Shown: positions 13,136-24,217 of the stretch, one piece after another
How positions within the stretch are numbered: position 1 is the stretch's first letter
Layout: each line of letters begins with the position of its first letter
Assembly (NCBI GenBank): GCA_030390025.1
Contig: CM059433.1
Location: 15,874,001-15,938,000 of the forward strand
Reading direction: 5' to 3'
Source: Squalus acanthias
Lineage: Eukaryota
DNA: 64,000 nucleotides
Program-made: the position numbers and the translations under genes
The notes under the pieces: model-generated
The model's input: the letters and a program-made list of their open reading frames with translations, nothing else
The model's database searches: none
Told to the model about the DNA's origin: nothing

Positions 13136-14809
13136 GGGTATTCACCCCTTTAACGCTGCCCTGAAATTCCTCTGGAATGGAGCCTGGGCTGGGTTTGCAG
13201 AAGACATAGGCTGGATGGTGCTGTGTTAATGAGGTGGGAGGGGTTGTTCCCAGCCTCCCACCTCTTTTTCTAGATGCCACGCTTGCTGCGCACCCAAGCA
13301 CTGGGACATCAAGAAAAAAAAACTGGTGCTGTGGCTTAGTACCGAATCTCCACAGACTGGAGTTTCCTTTGGCATCCAGGAGGCAGACCAAAGATTTTTC
13401 AGATAGACCACTGATAGCTGCCCCAGATATCGCTGGTCCTACCACCAGCACTAGCTATTGCTGCTGAGGAGGACCTGCCGCTGAGCCATTATCCAGAAGC
13501 TCACAAACCTGGGCGATTGGCCCTAGAAAGACAACTCGGACTTGTAGAGGCCAATGTTCTATGTTCCAACAGATTTTTGAGCCATATAAGGCAATGGACT
13601 CCAGTAGTGATATGCGTGGAGACTCATGGGGCAGCTTAGTAATAATCGCATCAGCAGCAGCTCTGTGCCAGCACCTTGCCCTGCACAAGTGGCTGCAAGC
13701 GCCTCCTCAAAAGATATTGAGCCCACGAGCACACCTGCAGCAGATACATTACAGTTAGTCAAATGGCCATTTAAGAGCTAGGCACTTCATTAATCGGCTC
13801 ATCCACCAAACCCCACTGCTAATCCCTCAGCTACAGGAGCACCTAGGTGTAGGACACATGATGAAACAATACATAGAAGTCCACAAATTACAAGGGGCAT
13901 TTTAAAGCATCTCAGGAAAATACACGGAACACTTGCACCACACATTGTAACATCGCATTCATTGGAACATCAAGCATCACATCCACTCATTCACTAAATG
14001 AGATTACATTACTTGGAATACTTGTTGTAGCATGTCATTCTGAGGAAGCAATTTTTTCGCTTTAAAGTACTGATCCGAGGGAGTTGTTCGGCATAATTTA
14101 ACTGATGAAGCACTTTAAAAAAAAAGAGTTTTTGTCATTGCACCAAATAAGGAAAATTTCTCTCCTTACATCGTACATTCGTTTCAAAAATAACCAGAGT
14201 TAAAATGGAAGCTGTCTTTCCTGATCCAAAGGCTGTGAGACATAAGCCTGGCTGTTTGATCAGGTAATTAGTCAGGATATGTCATAGGTAGTAATTAAGT
14301 TGTACATGGTTGAACCTTTTAACAAGTCCTCAGTAAACAGATGGCAGGTGAACCCACTCATCAGGCAATTTATACAAGCGTGCAATCCATTGTGTCCTTG
14401 ATTTTTGTTGATTGACGACTATTCCCCTCGAGACCTCGTGAAATATATACTTGAGATTTCTCTCAATATCTTTAGCTTTATCTGAAGATCTGCGCTCAGT
14501 AGGTTGGTCATTTGCATCATCCATGTACAACTTTGTACCATGAGGTTTACGAGAGACTACTTAATCCTAAAATCCTGTTCCTTATCAGGCTGCGAAATAC
14601 GAATTCAGTGGCAGCAACATCAGAAAATTGACCAATAATGGCACACCATTAATAATGCTCCATTCACACTTCTAAACCATTCTTACAGGGTCCACGGTGA
14701 TTCAAGCAAAAAGATCACTCCTGCCAGTGTTAAAGTTGCATCAGAGAATGTCAGAGTATTTCCAGCATTTTCTGTTTTTATTTCAGAGAATGTCAATGTC
14801 CTGCAGCTC

Positions 14810-15570
14810 AACATTGGGGAAAACTGAGGTCAGCATCCTCAGCAGTCATTACAAGTTCCATTCCCTTACTGTATTCTCCTCCCCTGCTAATCTCACAGCA
14901 TGTACTGGACCACTTGCAATCTTGGCATCCTGTGTGAGCCTGTGCTGAGCTTTAAATCCCACACCAAAACAACTTAGTTCCACCTCTGCCACATCACTAA
15001 CTTCCACCTTAACCTCGGCCCCTCCGCTGCTAGATCCCTTATGCATGCCTTTGTGATTTCCAAGCTCGACTATTTCAATGCTCTCCTTGCTGCCCCCCTC
15101 CCCCCATTCTCTAGCTGCCACTAACTCCGACTCTTTCAAAATTCTGCCATTCATATCCTGTCCCACATTATATCTCGTTCACCTGTCAACCCTTTCCTCG
15201 CTGATCTAGATTGGTTCCCATCTCCCAAGTTAATTGAATATAAAATCCTTCTCTATAAATCTTATCAGGACCTCTTCCCACCCTATCTCTACAATCTCCT
15301 CCAGCACTACATCCCCAACTAGTTCCATTACTCTGATTCTGGTCTTTTTTGCATCTTCCAGCTGCCTCAGTTTATTCCATGGAGCTCCCTCCTTAAGCAT
15401 CTCTGCTTCCCCACCACCTTCATAAACCCTTCTTAAAACTTACCTCTTTGACCAAGTTCTTGGTCACTCCCCTCCTGGCTCAGAATTCATCACTATGTGC
15501 TTATTTGCAAAGTTTGTATTGCACAGTTTCTTTACATTAACAGCACTATATATAGTTCTTGTTGTTATTG
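14810..15570 (+). mobile_element. Old degenerate L2-like LINE fragment
   Basis: Diverged homology to the L2 copy at 44075-44910 (e.g. CTCGACTATTTCAATGCTCTCCT, ACCTCTTTGACCAAG). Confidence 0.55.
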
Positions 15571-16348
15571 TTGATGTTGTTACCTATAAGGGCAATGGGA
15601 CTTCTGTATCCTATAAGGCTGGCCAGGTGACGGAGCAACCACTTATCAGTTCTAGTCTCTCGGCTAAGTGAGCACTTAAGTAGTCGGGCTTACCTTAGTT
15701 GATGATTGTGAGCTTAAACTCCACTCCAGAATTTGAACAATATTCCTGTGCAATACTACATTGTCTGAGGTACAGATCTTTGGGTGAGATATTAAATAAA
15801 GGCCTGGTTCAGGTAGATGGTAAAGATCTCATGACACTATTTGAAAAAGCAGGGAGGTGCCCAGGCTAACATTTTCTTCCTCAACCAAAAAGCAGATTAA
15901 CTGGTCACTCATCTCATTGCTTTTCGTGGGCACTTGCTGTGCACAAAATAAATGTTTGTATTTGCCTACAAAACAGTGTCCTGCATCTCTCAGGCATTGT
16001 GTGCCAGCTACTCCTGGAACAATATTAACAGCAGCAGGTGAAGGAAACCGTGTGAAGGATATCTCATAGGTAGCAGCAGACAGCTGATGTAACAGGGAGG
16101 ACAAGTGCTGGAAGGAACCTGTAAAAACATCCGGAGGCTGGATTTGTAAGGGCTTGTGAGAAAGGTTCCAAACACAGGTTCCAGATGGAAGTGTTGGAGA
16201 GCCATTAAAACAGAGTGTACTGTGAATGAAGACTTGTCATCCCATTTAAGAAGTGAGGGTGTTGAGTGGAGAGGCACCCATTGTGCCAAAGTGAAATGGG
16301 GAAGGTCACCGTCCTCTTACCTTGCCAGCCCTCGTCGAGTACCTTTTC

Positions 16349-16385
16349 AGTTCTGACGAAGGGTCATCGACCTGAAACGTTAACT
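16349..16385 (+). ncRNA. Minimal hammerhead ribozyme motif (copy 1)
   Basis: AGTT-CTGACGA-AGGGTC-ATC-GACCT-GAAA-CGTT-AACT, with palindromic AACGTT at stem III. Confidence 0.7.
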
Positions 16386-16747
16386 CTGTTTTTATTTCAG
16401 ATTTCCAGCATCCGCAGTATTTTGCTTTTGTATTAGTGTTTAATTCACTGCCGCTTCTCTTCTAAGAATGCCCACCTTGAAGAAGTTCTGCTCTTCTCTC
16501 CGACGGGATTTCCGTTTGTCTCTTTTACCTTGTTCATCTTCATTGCTTTCTGTCTCCCTTCTCGTGTTTGATCAGGTATCTACCAAAACTCGCTTTCACA
16601 GCCACATATCTTTCCTCAGCAACTGTCTCCGGCTCCGACTTACTCCACGTGGATTGCAACTGAAATGCCACCCTTCGTGTTTTGGATCCACCCAGGACTA
16701 CAGATATCTCCAAGATATTCAGCATTCCTCGAAGCACTGCTCTCGCC

Positions 16748-16784
16748 AGTTCTGACGAAAGGTCATCGACCTGAAACATTAACT
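16748..16784 (+). ncRNA. Minimal hammerhead ribozyme motif (copy 2, stem III variant)
   Basis: AGTT-CTGACGA-AAGGTC-ATC-GACCT-GAAA-CATT-AACT. Confidence 0.6.
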
Positions 16785-17075
16785 CTGTTTCTCTCTCCAC
16801 AGATGCTGCCTGACCTGCTGAGTATTTCCAGCATTTTCTGTTTTTATTTCACCTTTTCAGCACTGTTTGGCTTACCTGGAGATGAGCGAGGTCGTGTTCA
16901 ACGCCACTGCCATCGCCCCCCACATGACCCTGGTGGTTGCCTTCGGTAGCTTCCCTTACCATCAGCCCAACAGACGGTTTCTTCTCTGGCGGGTCTTGTC
17001 CAGGAAGATCTGTACGCTGGCATCTGAGAAATGCTGACTCACCTCCTTCTGCTACCACTTGCTTGAGCCCTTCCT

Positions 17076-17760
17076 TGTGCAGGTGCAGCAAGTAATTGGG
17101 AAGGCAAATGGAATGTTGGCCTTTAATTCAAGGGGGATGGAGTATAAAAGTAGGGAAGTCTTGCTGCAACTGTATAGGGCGCTGGTGAGACCACGCCTGG
17201 AGTACTGCGCACAGTTTTGGTCTCCTTATTTAAGGAGGGATATACTTGCATTGGAGGCAGTTCAGAGAAGGTTCACTAGGTTGATTCCTGGGATGGAAGG
17301 GTTGTCTTATGAGGAAAGGCTGAGCAGGTTGGGCCTATGCTCATTGGAGTTTAGAAGAATGAGAGGTGATCTTATTGAAACATATAAGATTCTGAGGGGG
17401 TTGGACAGGGTAGATGCAGAGAGGATGTTTCCCCTCGTCAGGGAATCTAGAATGAGGGGGCATAGTCTCAGAATAAGGGGTTGCCCATTTAAGATGGAGA
17501 TGAGGAGGAATTTCTTCTCTCAGAGGGTCGTGAATCTTTGGAATTCTCTACCCCAGACAGCTGTGGAAGCTGAGTCATTGAATATATTCAAGGCTGAGAT
17601 AGACTGATTTTTGAGCAACAGGAGAGTCAAGGGTTATGGGGAATGGGCAGGAAAGTGAAGTTGAGGCCAGAATCAGATCAGCCATGATCTCATTAAATGG
17701 CGGAGGAGGCTCGAGGGACCGAATGGCCTGCTCCTGCTCCTGTTTCTTATGTTTCTTATC
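17076..17760 (+). mobile_element. CR1 LINE 3' fragment (second subfamily)
   Basis: QVIGKANGMLAF..LYRALVRPRLEYC..FFSQRVVNLWNSLP and a TTTCTTATG tail. Confidence 0.9.
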
Positions 17761-18531
17761 CACCAGTGCGCGATATGGAAGCCACGAAGAAAGGTGATGA
17801 AATCACAAAGGCATCCTTTGGTTAGAAATTACTGCAGTTGAAAAATGCTGGCGACCCAAACATGCCGCATACCGGCTATGCCACCAGGATATTTTCTGCC
17901 ACCTAAGTTGCTGCAGGCTTTTAAAATCTGCAGCAACTAGTTTCTTCCCCACCTCAGCGATTTACTCCTAGGCTCCTGGCCTACCATTCAATATGGTCAT
18001 GAGTTGACCTGCTGAATTATAGCAGGGTCAGCGCAGCAATTCATCAGCGAGCTGACGTCCCTCCCTACCGACATTACTGGAGTATAAATAGCTTTGCAGA
18101 TTTTCGGTGACCATTCCTTTAGTTTTTTTTATCATAATAGACACCATTAACAGAAACATTTCAATTGATTAAATCATCACCCCCAGCAAACTACAATACT
18201 CCACTTTGCAGTTCAGAAAGAATCTATCCAATCTATGAGTAATACTAAGTTAATGACTCAGGCATACTCACCTGCAGTAATCTCTAGCTATGTGGGTTGT
18301 TGTGTCCATAGTTACTGCATATTTTATGCAAATGAGTGGTGTCTTAGAAAGGTTTCCCAGCTGGACATATCTGTCTGACCTTTGATATCTAAAACAATCG
18401 AACTCTTGTTAAAGTAACGCATTGCTTTGTTGCCGTCACCTCTCAGTTCCTTTGATTGGTTATAACTGAGTGTTGGCATCACTTTTTCATGACCCACAAA
18501 ACAGCCAACTACTCAGTTTTAAGAACATTTG

Positions 18532-19427
18532 GGGGGAAAAATTCGGTATCGCCCCATTTGGGGCGCAATTATCGGCTGGGCGCAAAAATTAGCTCCTGGC
18601 GCTAATTATCGCCTCCAACTGCAAACTTGGCTTTTATCGCCCCTGGAGGTGATTGGAGCGCTAAATCAGATGCTTCACACCTGTCTTAAGGCGCAAAGGC
18701 CGAGGAGCGAGGCGCTACCTCACAACGCTGGCGAAGCTCATGTGATGTCAGTCAGCAATGGAACACACACACAATGGCGCCGGCCAGTTCTTAAAGGGGA
18801 GGGTTGATCTTGCTCTCCATCCACATCCTGCTCATTGCAGCCTTGAATCTCGGCCTGGAGAGACCTGCACATCAAATCTGCTGGAAAGAACAATGGAGAG
18901 AACCAGGGAAAGAGCTCAGAGTGCAGCCCCCACAGTCTCTTCTAAATCAATACAAGGAAGGGCAAATCAAAATGAACCTGCAAAGTGCTGCTCAGTACCC
19001 AAAACTCCTTCACACAGCGTTGAATCTCTCCAGAAGTCTCTCTCTCTCTCTCTCTCAGAATGCGTGGTGCAAAAATGTCACCAACAAAAAAAGGCAGGAA
19101 GCGTTCACCTTTAAATAGCGCTCCCCCAGTCCCTTCCTGACTGCAAAATGCTCCCCTCAACCTGTCGTTGCTCGCGGCAGGCGGTAAGGCAGGGGGTGCC
19201 ACTCAATATCCGCTCCGGGGCGCTACTGGGGTGTTGCGCACTCGACTGACGTCACGATCTGCCGGCGCAGGAGATCGTGGCGGTAGTGTTTAGCGCCGCC
19301 GCAAAATGTCTGGTCAATTTCGCGAGAAGCGCAGATATCGCCGCACCCAGGCGCTAGTTGCTTTGCGCCCCATTAGCGCCCTCTTAAGGCGCTAACGGGA
19401 GGCGCAAACCAACTGAATTTTTCCCCC
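18532..19427 (+). mobile_element. Non-autonomous TIR element (PIF/Harbinger-type MITE)
   Basis: TIRs GGGGGAAAATTC / GAATTTTTCCCCC, 3-bp TTG duplication and GC-rich GCGCC subterminal motifs. An inverted homologue lies at 58424-59316. Confidence 0.7.
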
Positions 19428-20881
19428 TTGATCTTTACCCCGTTCTTTGGAAGGGGTGCAATCATTCTTTTGATTTTTTTTTTTGTCACACAGCTCCAAA
19501 AATCAACTGTGACCCTGGTACTGCTTCACAACATCTACCAAACCATTCAAAAACAAATCAGGCATTAGGTGAGGAAGACCTGTGGATTTGATCTGTTCTT
19601 AATTCTGACATTTCTCAATGCGGATTAATAATTTTTAAAAAAGCAAGTGGTCCATAATTCTTCTGTTTTTGTTCCTTTTATGTTAAATGTGGTATTTGCA
19701 GTTACAAAAGATGAATAAAACCTGGCATTAACTGAGGCAGAGTGGAGATACGGGGGGATGAATTTCCACGTTTGGTTCTACCGATCATCCGCCATAACTT
19801 CAGCCCTGCCTATTTTATGATGTACAGATTGCTTAATCGCACTGTTTCTTTTTGACCTGATTGAAATATTGTCCAGTTATCCAGATTCCATTAGGAAATG
19901 CACATATTAGGTTCAATCAGGAGATTAATGTCCAGATTAATGCCGAGATTATTTGACAGATGAAAACAATACACATTTGATGACATTTGCTGGCTTGTAA
20001 TAGATACAAAATATGGCAAACTTTATTGATCCAGAATGAAACCTTCATGCAGTGTTAGAAGCGAGATGTTTTAACCAGTTTTATGAATGTGATTTCATCC
20101 CATAACTAAACAAACCACGAATTCCAGACTGTGTCTCTTTGATTTGGAATTCAACAACAAAACAGAATTTATAGAAATAAAATAATAATATTTGCATAAA
20201 TTGATTTGTTTCTGTGTGGGAAGATAATAAATTAGGTGCATTGATAGATTTTGGTGGCGCATTGATGAAAATTATCCCCCAAACTATTTGCAGACAAGAT
20301 TAATCACAGCTAAAACCAGGAGAACTCACTGCATCCAATGTACCTGTTGCTATCGCTGTTATTTTCATAAAAACATGAAGATCAGTGCGTTTTTTTAAAC
20401 ATCCTGGGCTCACCAATACTGCAAAAGCCCTTCATTTCAAATAAGGGGTTTCCTACAAGTTTCCTCCAGACCTTAATCTCATCCTCAGAACTAATTGCCA
20501 AAAGAATCCCCTGGCACTTATTTTGTGATGAAACACTAATCTGAACGTGAGAATTTTTAAGGCAAGCCTGGCAGAAAGCAGAAGCTTAAGGTGATAAGAA
20601 TGGGATGCTCAATCATCCCCAGCCCACACACAGCTTCAAACTTGTCAGAGAGAGAACTGAGCAGAGATGGAGGATCCATGATTAAACTCTTCATCTCCCT
20701 TTGTTTAGTGATTCAGTTCCTTCCATAGATGAGACTTGGCCACTTGATTTAAACTTCTGAGAATTCCCTGTGTACAGCCTGATTAGTTACAGCACTTTGA
20801 TCGACCATCCTAATGTTTTGCCAGGAGTAAGACCTGAACAGAATATCTCTGATAAAGTCATTAACTGAAAAGGAAACATTT

Positions 20882-22960
20882 ACATAGAAACATAGAAGAT
20901 AGGAGCAGGAGTAGGCCATTCGGCCCCTCGAGCCTGCTCCGCCATTCAATGCGATCATGGCTGATCATCCAAATTCAGTACCCTGTCCCTGCTTTCTCCC
21001 CATATCCCTTGATCCCCTTAGCCTTAAGAAATATATCTAACTCCTTCTTGAATATATTTAATGAATTGGCCTCAACTGCCTTGTGTGGGAGAGAATTCCA
21101 CAGGTTCACCACTCTCTGGGTGAAGAAATTCCTCCTCATCTCAGTCCTAAATGGCTTACCCCTTATCCTTAGACTGTGACCTCTGGTTCTGGACTCCCCC
21201 GCCATCGGGAACAGCCTTCCTGCATCTAGTCTGTCTAGTCCTGTTAGAATTTGAAAAGTTTCAATGAGATCCCCTCTCATTCTTCTAAACTCTAGCGAAT
21301 ATAAGCCTAATCGACCCAATCTCTCTTCATACATCCTTCCTGCCATCCCAGGTATCAGTCTGGTGAATCTTCGCTGCACTCCCTCCACGGCAAGAACATC
21401 CTTCCTCAGATAAGGCGACCAAAACTGCACACAATATTCAAGGTGTGGTCTCACCAAGGCCCTGTACAACTGCAGCAAGACATCGTTGCTCCTGTACTCG
21501 AATCCTCTCGCTATGAAGGCCAACATACCATTTGCCTTCTTAACCACCTGCTGCACCTGCATGCTTACCTTCAGCGACTGGTGCACAAGGACACCTAGGT
21601 CTCGTTGCACTTCCCCTTTTCCCAATCTATTGCCATTCAGATAATAATCTGCCTTCCTGTTTTTGCCACCAAAGTGGATAACCTCGCATTTATCCACATT
21701 ATACTGCATCTGCCATGCATCTGCCCAATCACCCAACCTGTCCAAATCATACTGGAGTTTCTCTGCATCCTCCTCACAGCACACACGCTCACCCAGCTTT
21801 GTGTTCTCTGCAAACTTGGAGATATTACATCTAGTTCCCTCGTCTAGATCATTAATATATATATTGTGAATAACTGGGGTCCTAGCACCGATCCCTGCGG
21901 TACCCCACTAGTCACTGCCTGCCACTCGGAAAAAGACTTGTTTATTCAAACTCTTTGCTTCCTGTCTGCCAACCAGTTTTCTATCCAAGTCAGTACCTTA
22001 CCCCCAATCCCATGTGCTTTAACTTTGCAAGCTAATCTCTTATGCGGGACCTCATCGGAAGCCTTCTGAAAGTCCAAATACACCACATCCACTGGTTCTC
22101 CCTTATCTATTCTATCAGTTACATCCTCAAAAAATTCCAGTAGATTAGTCAAGCATGATTTACCTTTTGTAAATCCATGTTGACTTTGTCCGAACCTGTC
22201 ACTGTTTTCCAAGTGCTCTGCTATTACATCTTTTATAATGGACTCTGACATTTTCCCCACTACCGATGTCAGGCTTACCGGTCTATAATTCCCCGTTTTC
22301 TCTCTACCACCTTTTTTAAATAGTGGGGTTAAATTAGCTACCCTCCAATCCATGGGAACTGTTCCAGAGTCTATAGAATTTTTCAAGATGACCAGCAATG
22401 CATCTACTATTTCTAGGGCCACTTCCTTAAGTACGCTAGGATGTAGATTATCAAGCCCTGGGGATTTATCGGCCTTCAATCCCGTCAATTTCCCTAACAC
22501 TATTTCCCTACAAATACTGATTTCATTCAGTTCCTCCCTCTCATTAGACCCTATGTTCCCCGACATCTCTGGGAGTTTATTTGTGTCCTCCTTTGTGAAG
22601 ACAGAACCAAAGTATGTATTTAATTGGTCTGCCATTTCTTTGTTCCCCATTATAAATTCCCCTGATTCTGACTGCAAGGGACCTACGCTTGACTTCACCA
22701 ATCTTTTTCTCTTCACATATCTATAGAAGCTTTTACAGTCAGTTTTTATGTTCCCTGCAAGCTTACTCTCATACTCTATTTTCCCCCTCTTAATTAATCC
22801 CTTTGTCCTCCTTTGCTGAATCCTAAACTGCTTCCAATCCTCAGGTTTGCTGCTTTTTCTGGCCAATTTATATGTCCTCTCCTTGGATCTTATGCTGTCA
22901 CTAATTTCCCTTGTTAGCCACGGTTGAGTCACCTTTTTTGTTTTATTTTTATGCCAAACA
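20882..22960 (-). mobile_element. CR1 LINE, 5'-truncated ORF2 with frameshifts
   Basis: ORFs 21946-23025 and 20975-21784 (KSPGLDNLHP, NYRPVSLTS, VYLDFQKA, CEVIHFG) and tail ACATAGAAACATAG. Confidence 0.92.
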
Positions 22961-23077
22961 GTCATGAACACAGTCATCAGAACCCAGGCCATCCTATATT
23001 TTTCATAATGTGTCTGGGTTTCCACTTTCTTTTCCTATTGATGTTCATATTTTGCCATTCAAGTCTGTATCTTCCAG

Positions 23078-23593
23078 TGAAGTAAGATATTAAAAATTGG
23101 ATATAACCAGGGCAATTCGGGCATGACTCATTTGCAGAAAGCCAGGCCTTTAACGAGATTTGTTTCAAGTCACACAACACCTTACAAGCTTTCGGAGTCT
23201 ACCTCCTTCAACGAGATTTACAGATAGCATTGTATGTAACTTTTACAGCCACCCTCGGATAACGAGATCCCCATAAGGCGAGACAGAAATGTTTGCTAAC
23301 CAAGTAACTTTTAAACCTAATTGGATCTCTGTAAAGGCAAGACAGAAATATTTGTAAAACGAGTAATGTGTTTTTAGACCTAGCATTGTGTGTAACTTTT
23401 AAACCTGATTGGATATAAATATGTGTGTTTTCATTAGCTCGGTGGAGTTGTACTCATGTAAGCGACATGAGAGGTTCTCCCCAGGCCTGTAATAAACCGT
23501 TGTGACTTCAATTACTTGGTCAGTCTTTCTTCCAACAAGCCAGTAGCGTCGACCCTGTATATCACTGGGTCCGCACTTTGGGAGCTTACATCA
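23078..23593 (+). repeat. 5' LTR
   Basis: TGAAG...CATCA termini, AP-1-like TGACTCA 23124-23130, TATAAA 23414-23419, AATAAA 23491-23496. No differences from the 3' LTR seen by eye. Confidence 0.97.
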
Positions 23594-23595
23594 AT

Positions 23596-23613
23596 TGGCG
23601 ACGAGGATGGGAT
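23596..23613 (+). promoter_or_regulatory. Primer-binding site complementary to tRNA-Ser(GCU)
   Basis: TGGCGACGAGGATGGGAT is the reverse complement of the vertebrate tRNA-Ser(GCU) 3' end ATCCCATCCTCGTCG-CCA. It begins 2 nt after the LTR. Confidence 0.9.
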
Positions 23614-23654
23614 GCGCGATCTGAACAAAACTCTCGGACAGCGATAACCTAAGA

Positions 23655-23663
23655 CGGGTGAGT
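23655..23663 (+). promoter_or_regulatory. Candidate major splice donor in the leader
   Basis: CGG|GTGAGT consensus about 45 nt after the PBS, a typical retroviral position. Confidence 0.6.
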
Positions 23664-23799
23664 ACGTTTAAATTACCACCTGTAAAATTAGAGGTTAATC
23701 GCTGGCGAGACGTTAAGTAAGATTGACGTACAAAAGAACTATAAAAAGAAAGACACCTTTAATTGAAGACGGTTAACACTGCCGGACTGCGGTACCGGA

Positions 23800-24216
23800 A
23801 AACAAGGGTTTAGAAACCTGATAGGCCCACGAGGTGCGGCTCTTAAGTAGTAGTTAAAACGGGGAGTTTTAACACGGTGGAGGACGAGTCCTTCTGGCCG
23901 AAAAGTAAACTTAAGTAGGAGTTAAAACGGGGAGTTTTAACACGGTGGAGGACGAGTCCTTCTGGCCGAAAAATAAACTTAAGTAGTAGTTAAAACGGGG
24001 AGTTTTAACACGGTGGAGGGCGAGTCCTTCTGGCCGAAAAGTAAACTTAGGTAGTAGTTAAAACGGGGAGTTTTTAAAATAAACAAACAAGGGTTTAGAA
24101 ACCCGGTAGGCCCACGAGGTGCGGCTCTTAAGAAGTAGTTAAACAGGTTGTTTTAACACTGGGTGAAGGACAAGTCCTTCTGGCCGAAAAATAAATAAAT
24201 AAATAAATAAATAAAC
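23800..24216 (+). repeat. Leader repeat array: 68-bp tandem units (23842, 23910, 23978, partial 24046), a duplicated ~45-bp block and (AAAT)n
   Basis: Unit CTTAAGTAGTAGTTAAAACGGGGAGTTTTAACACGGTGGAGGACGAGTCCTTCTGGCCGAAAAGTAAA. The block AAACAAGGGTTTAGAAACC..GGCCCACGAGGTGCGGCT occurs at ~23800 and ~24085. Confidence 0.9.
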
Positions 24217-24217
24217 T

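Larger units (their letters stand above)
16345..16850 (+). mobile_element. Penelope-like element fragment: two direct pseudo-LTR/hammerhead units flanking the ORF N-terminus
   Basis: Repeat CAGTTCTGACGAA.GGTCATCGACCTGAAAC.TTAACTCTGTTT at ~16348 and ~16747. The intervening ORF 16468-16755 (TRFHSHISFLSNCLRLRLTPRGLQLK) resembles a Penelope N-terminal region. Confidence 0.75.

Noticed and set aside
14330..14530. 66-aa minus-strand ORF in unique sequence
   Set aside because: No recognisable motif or clear splice structure.
21946..23025. Intact 359-aa gene starting at ATG 23025
   Set aside because: The N-terminal ~20 residues come from flanking DNA. The rest is a truncated, frameshifted CR1 ORF2.
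23842..24075. CRISPR-like array or hammerhead array in the ERV leader
   Set aside because: The units are contiguous tandem copies with no unique spacers, the context is eukaryotic with no cas genes, and there is no CUGANGA core on either strand.
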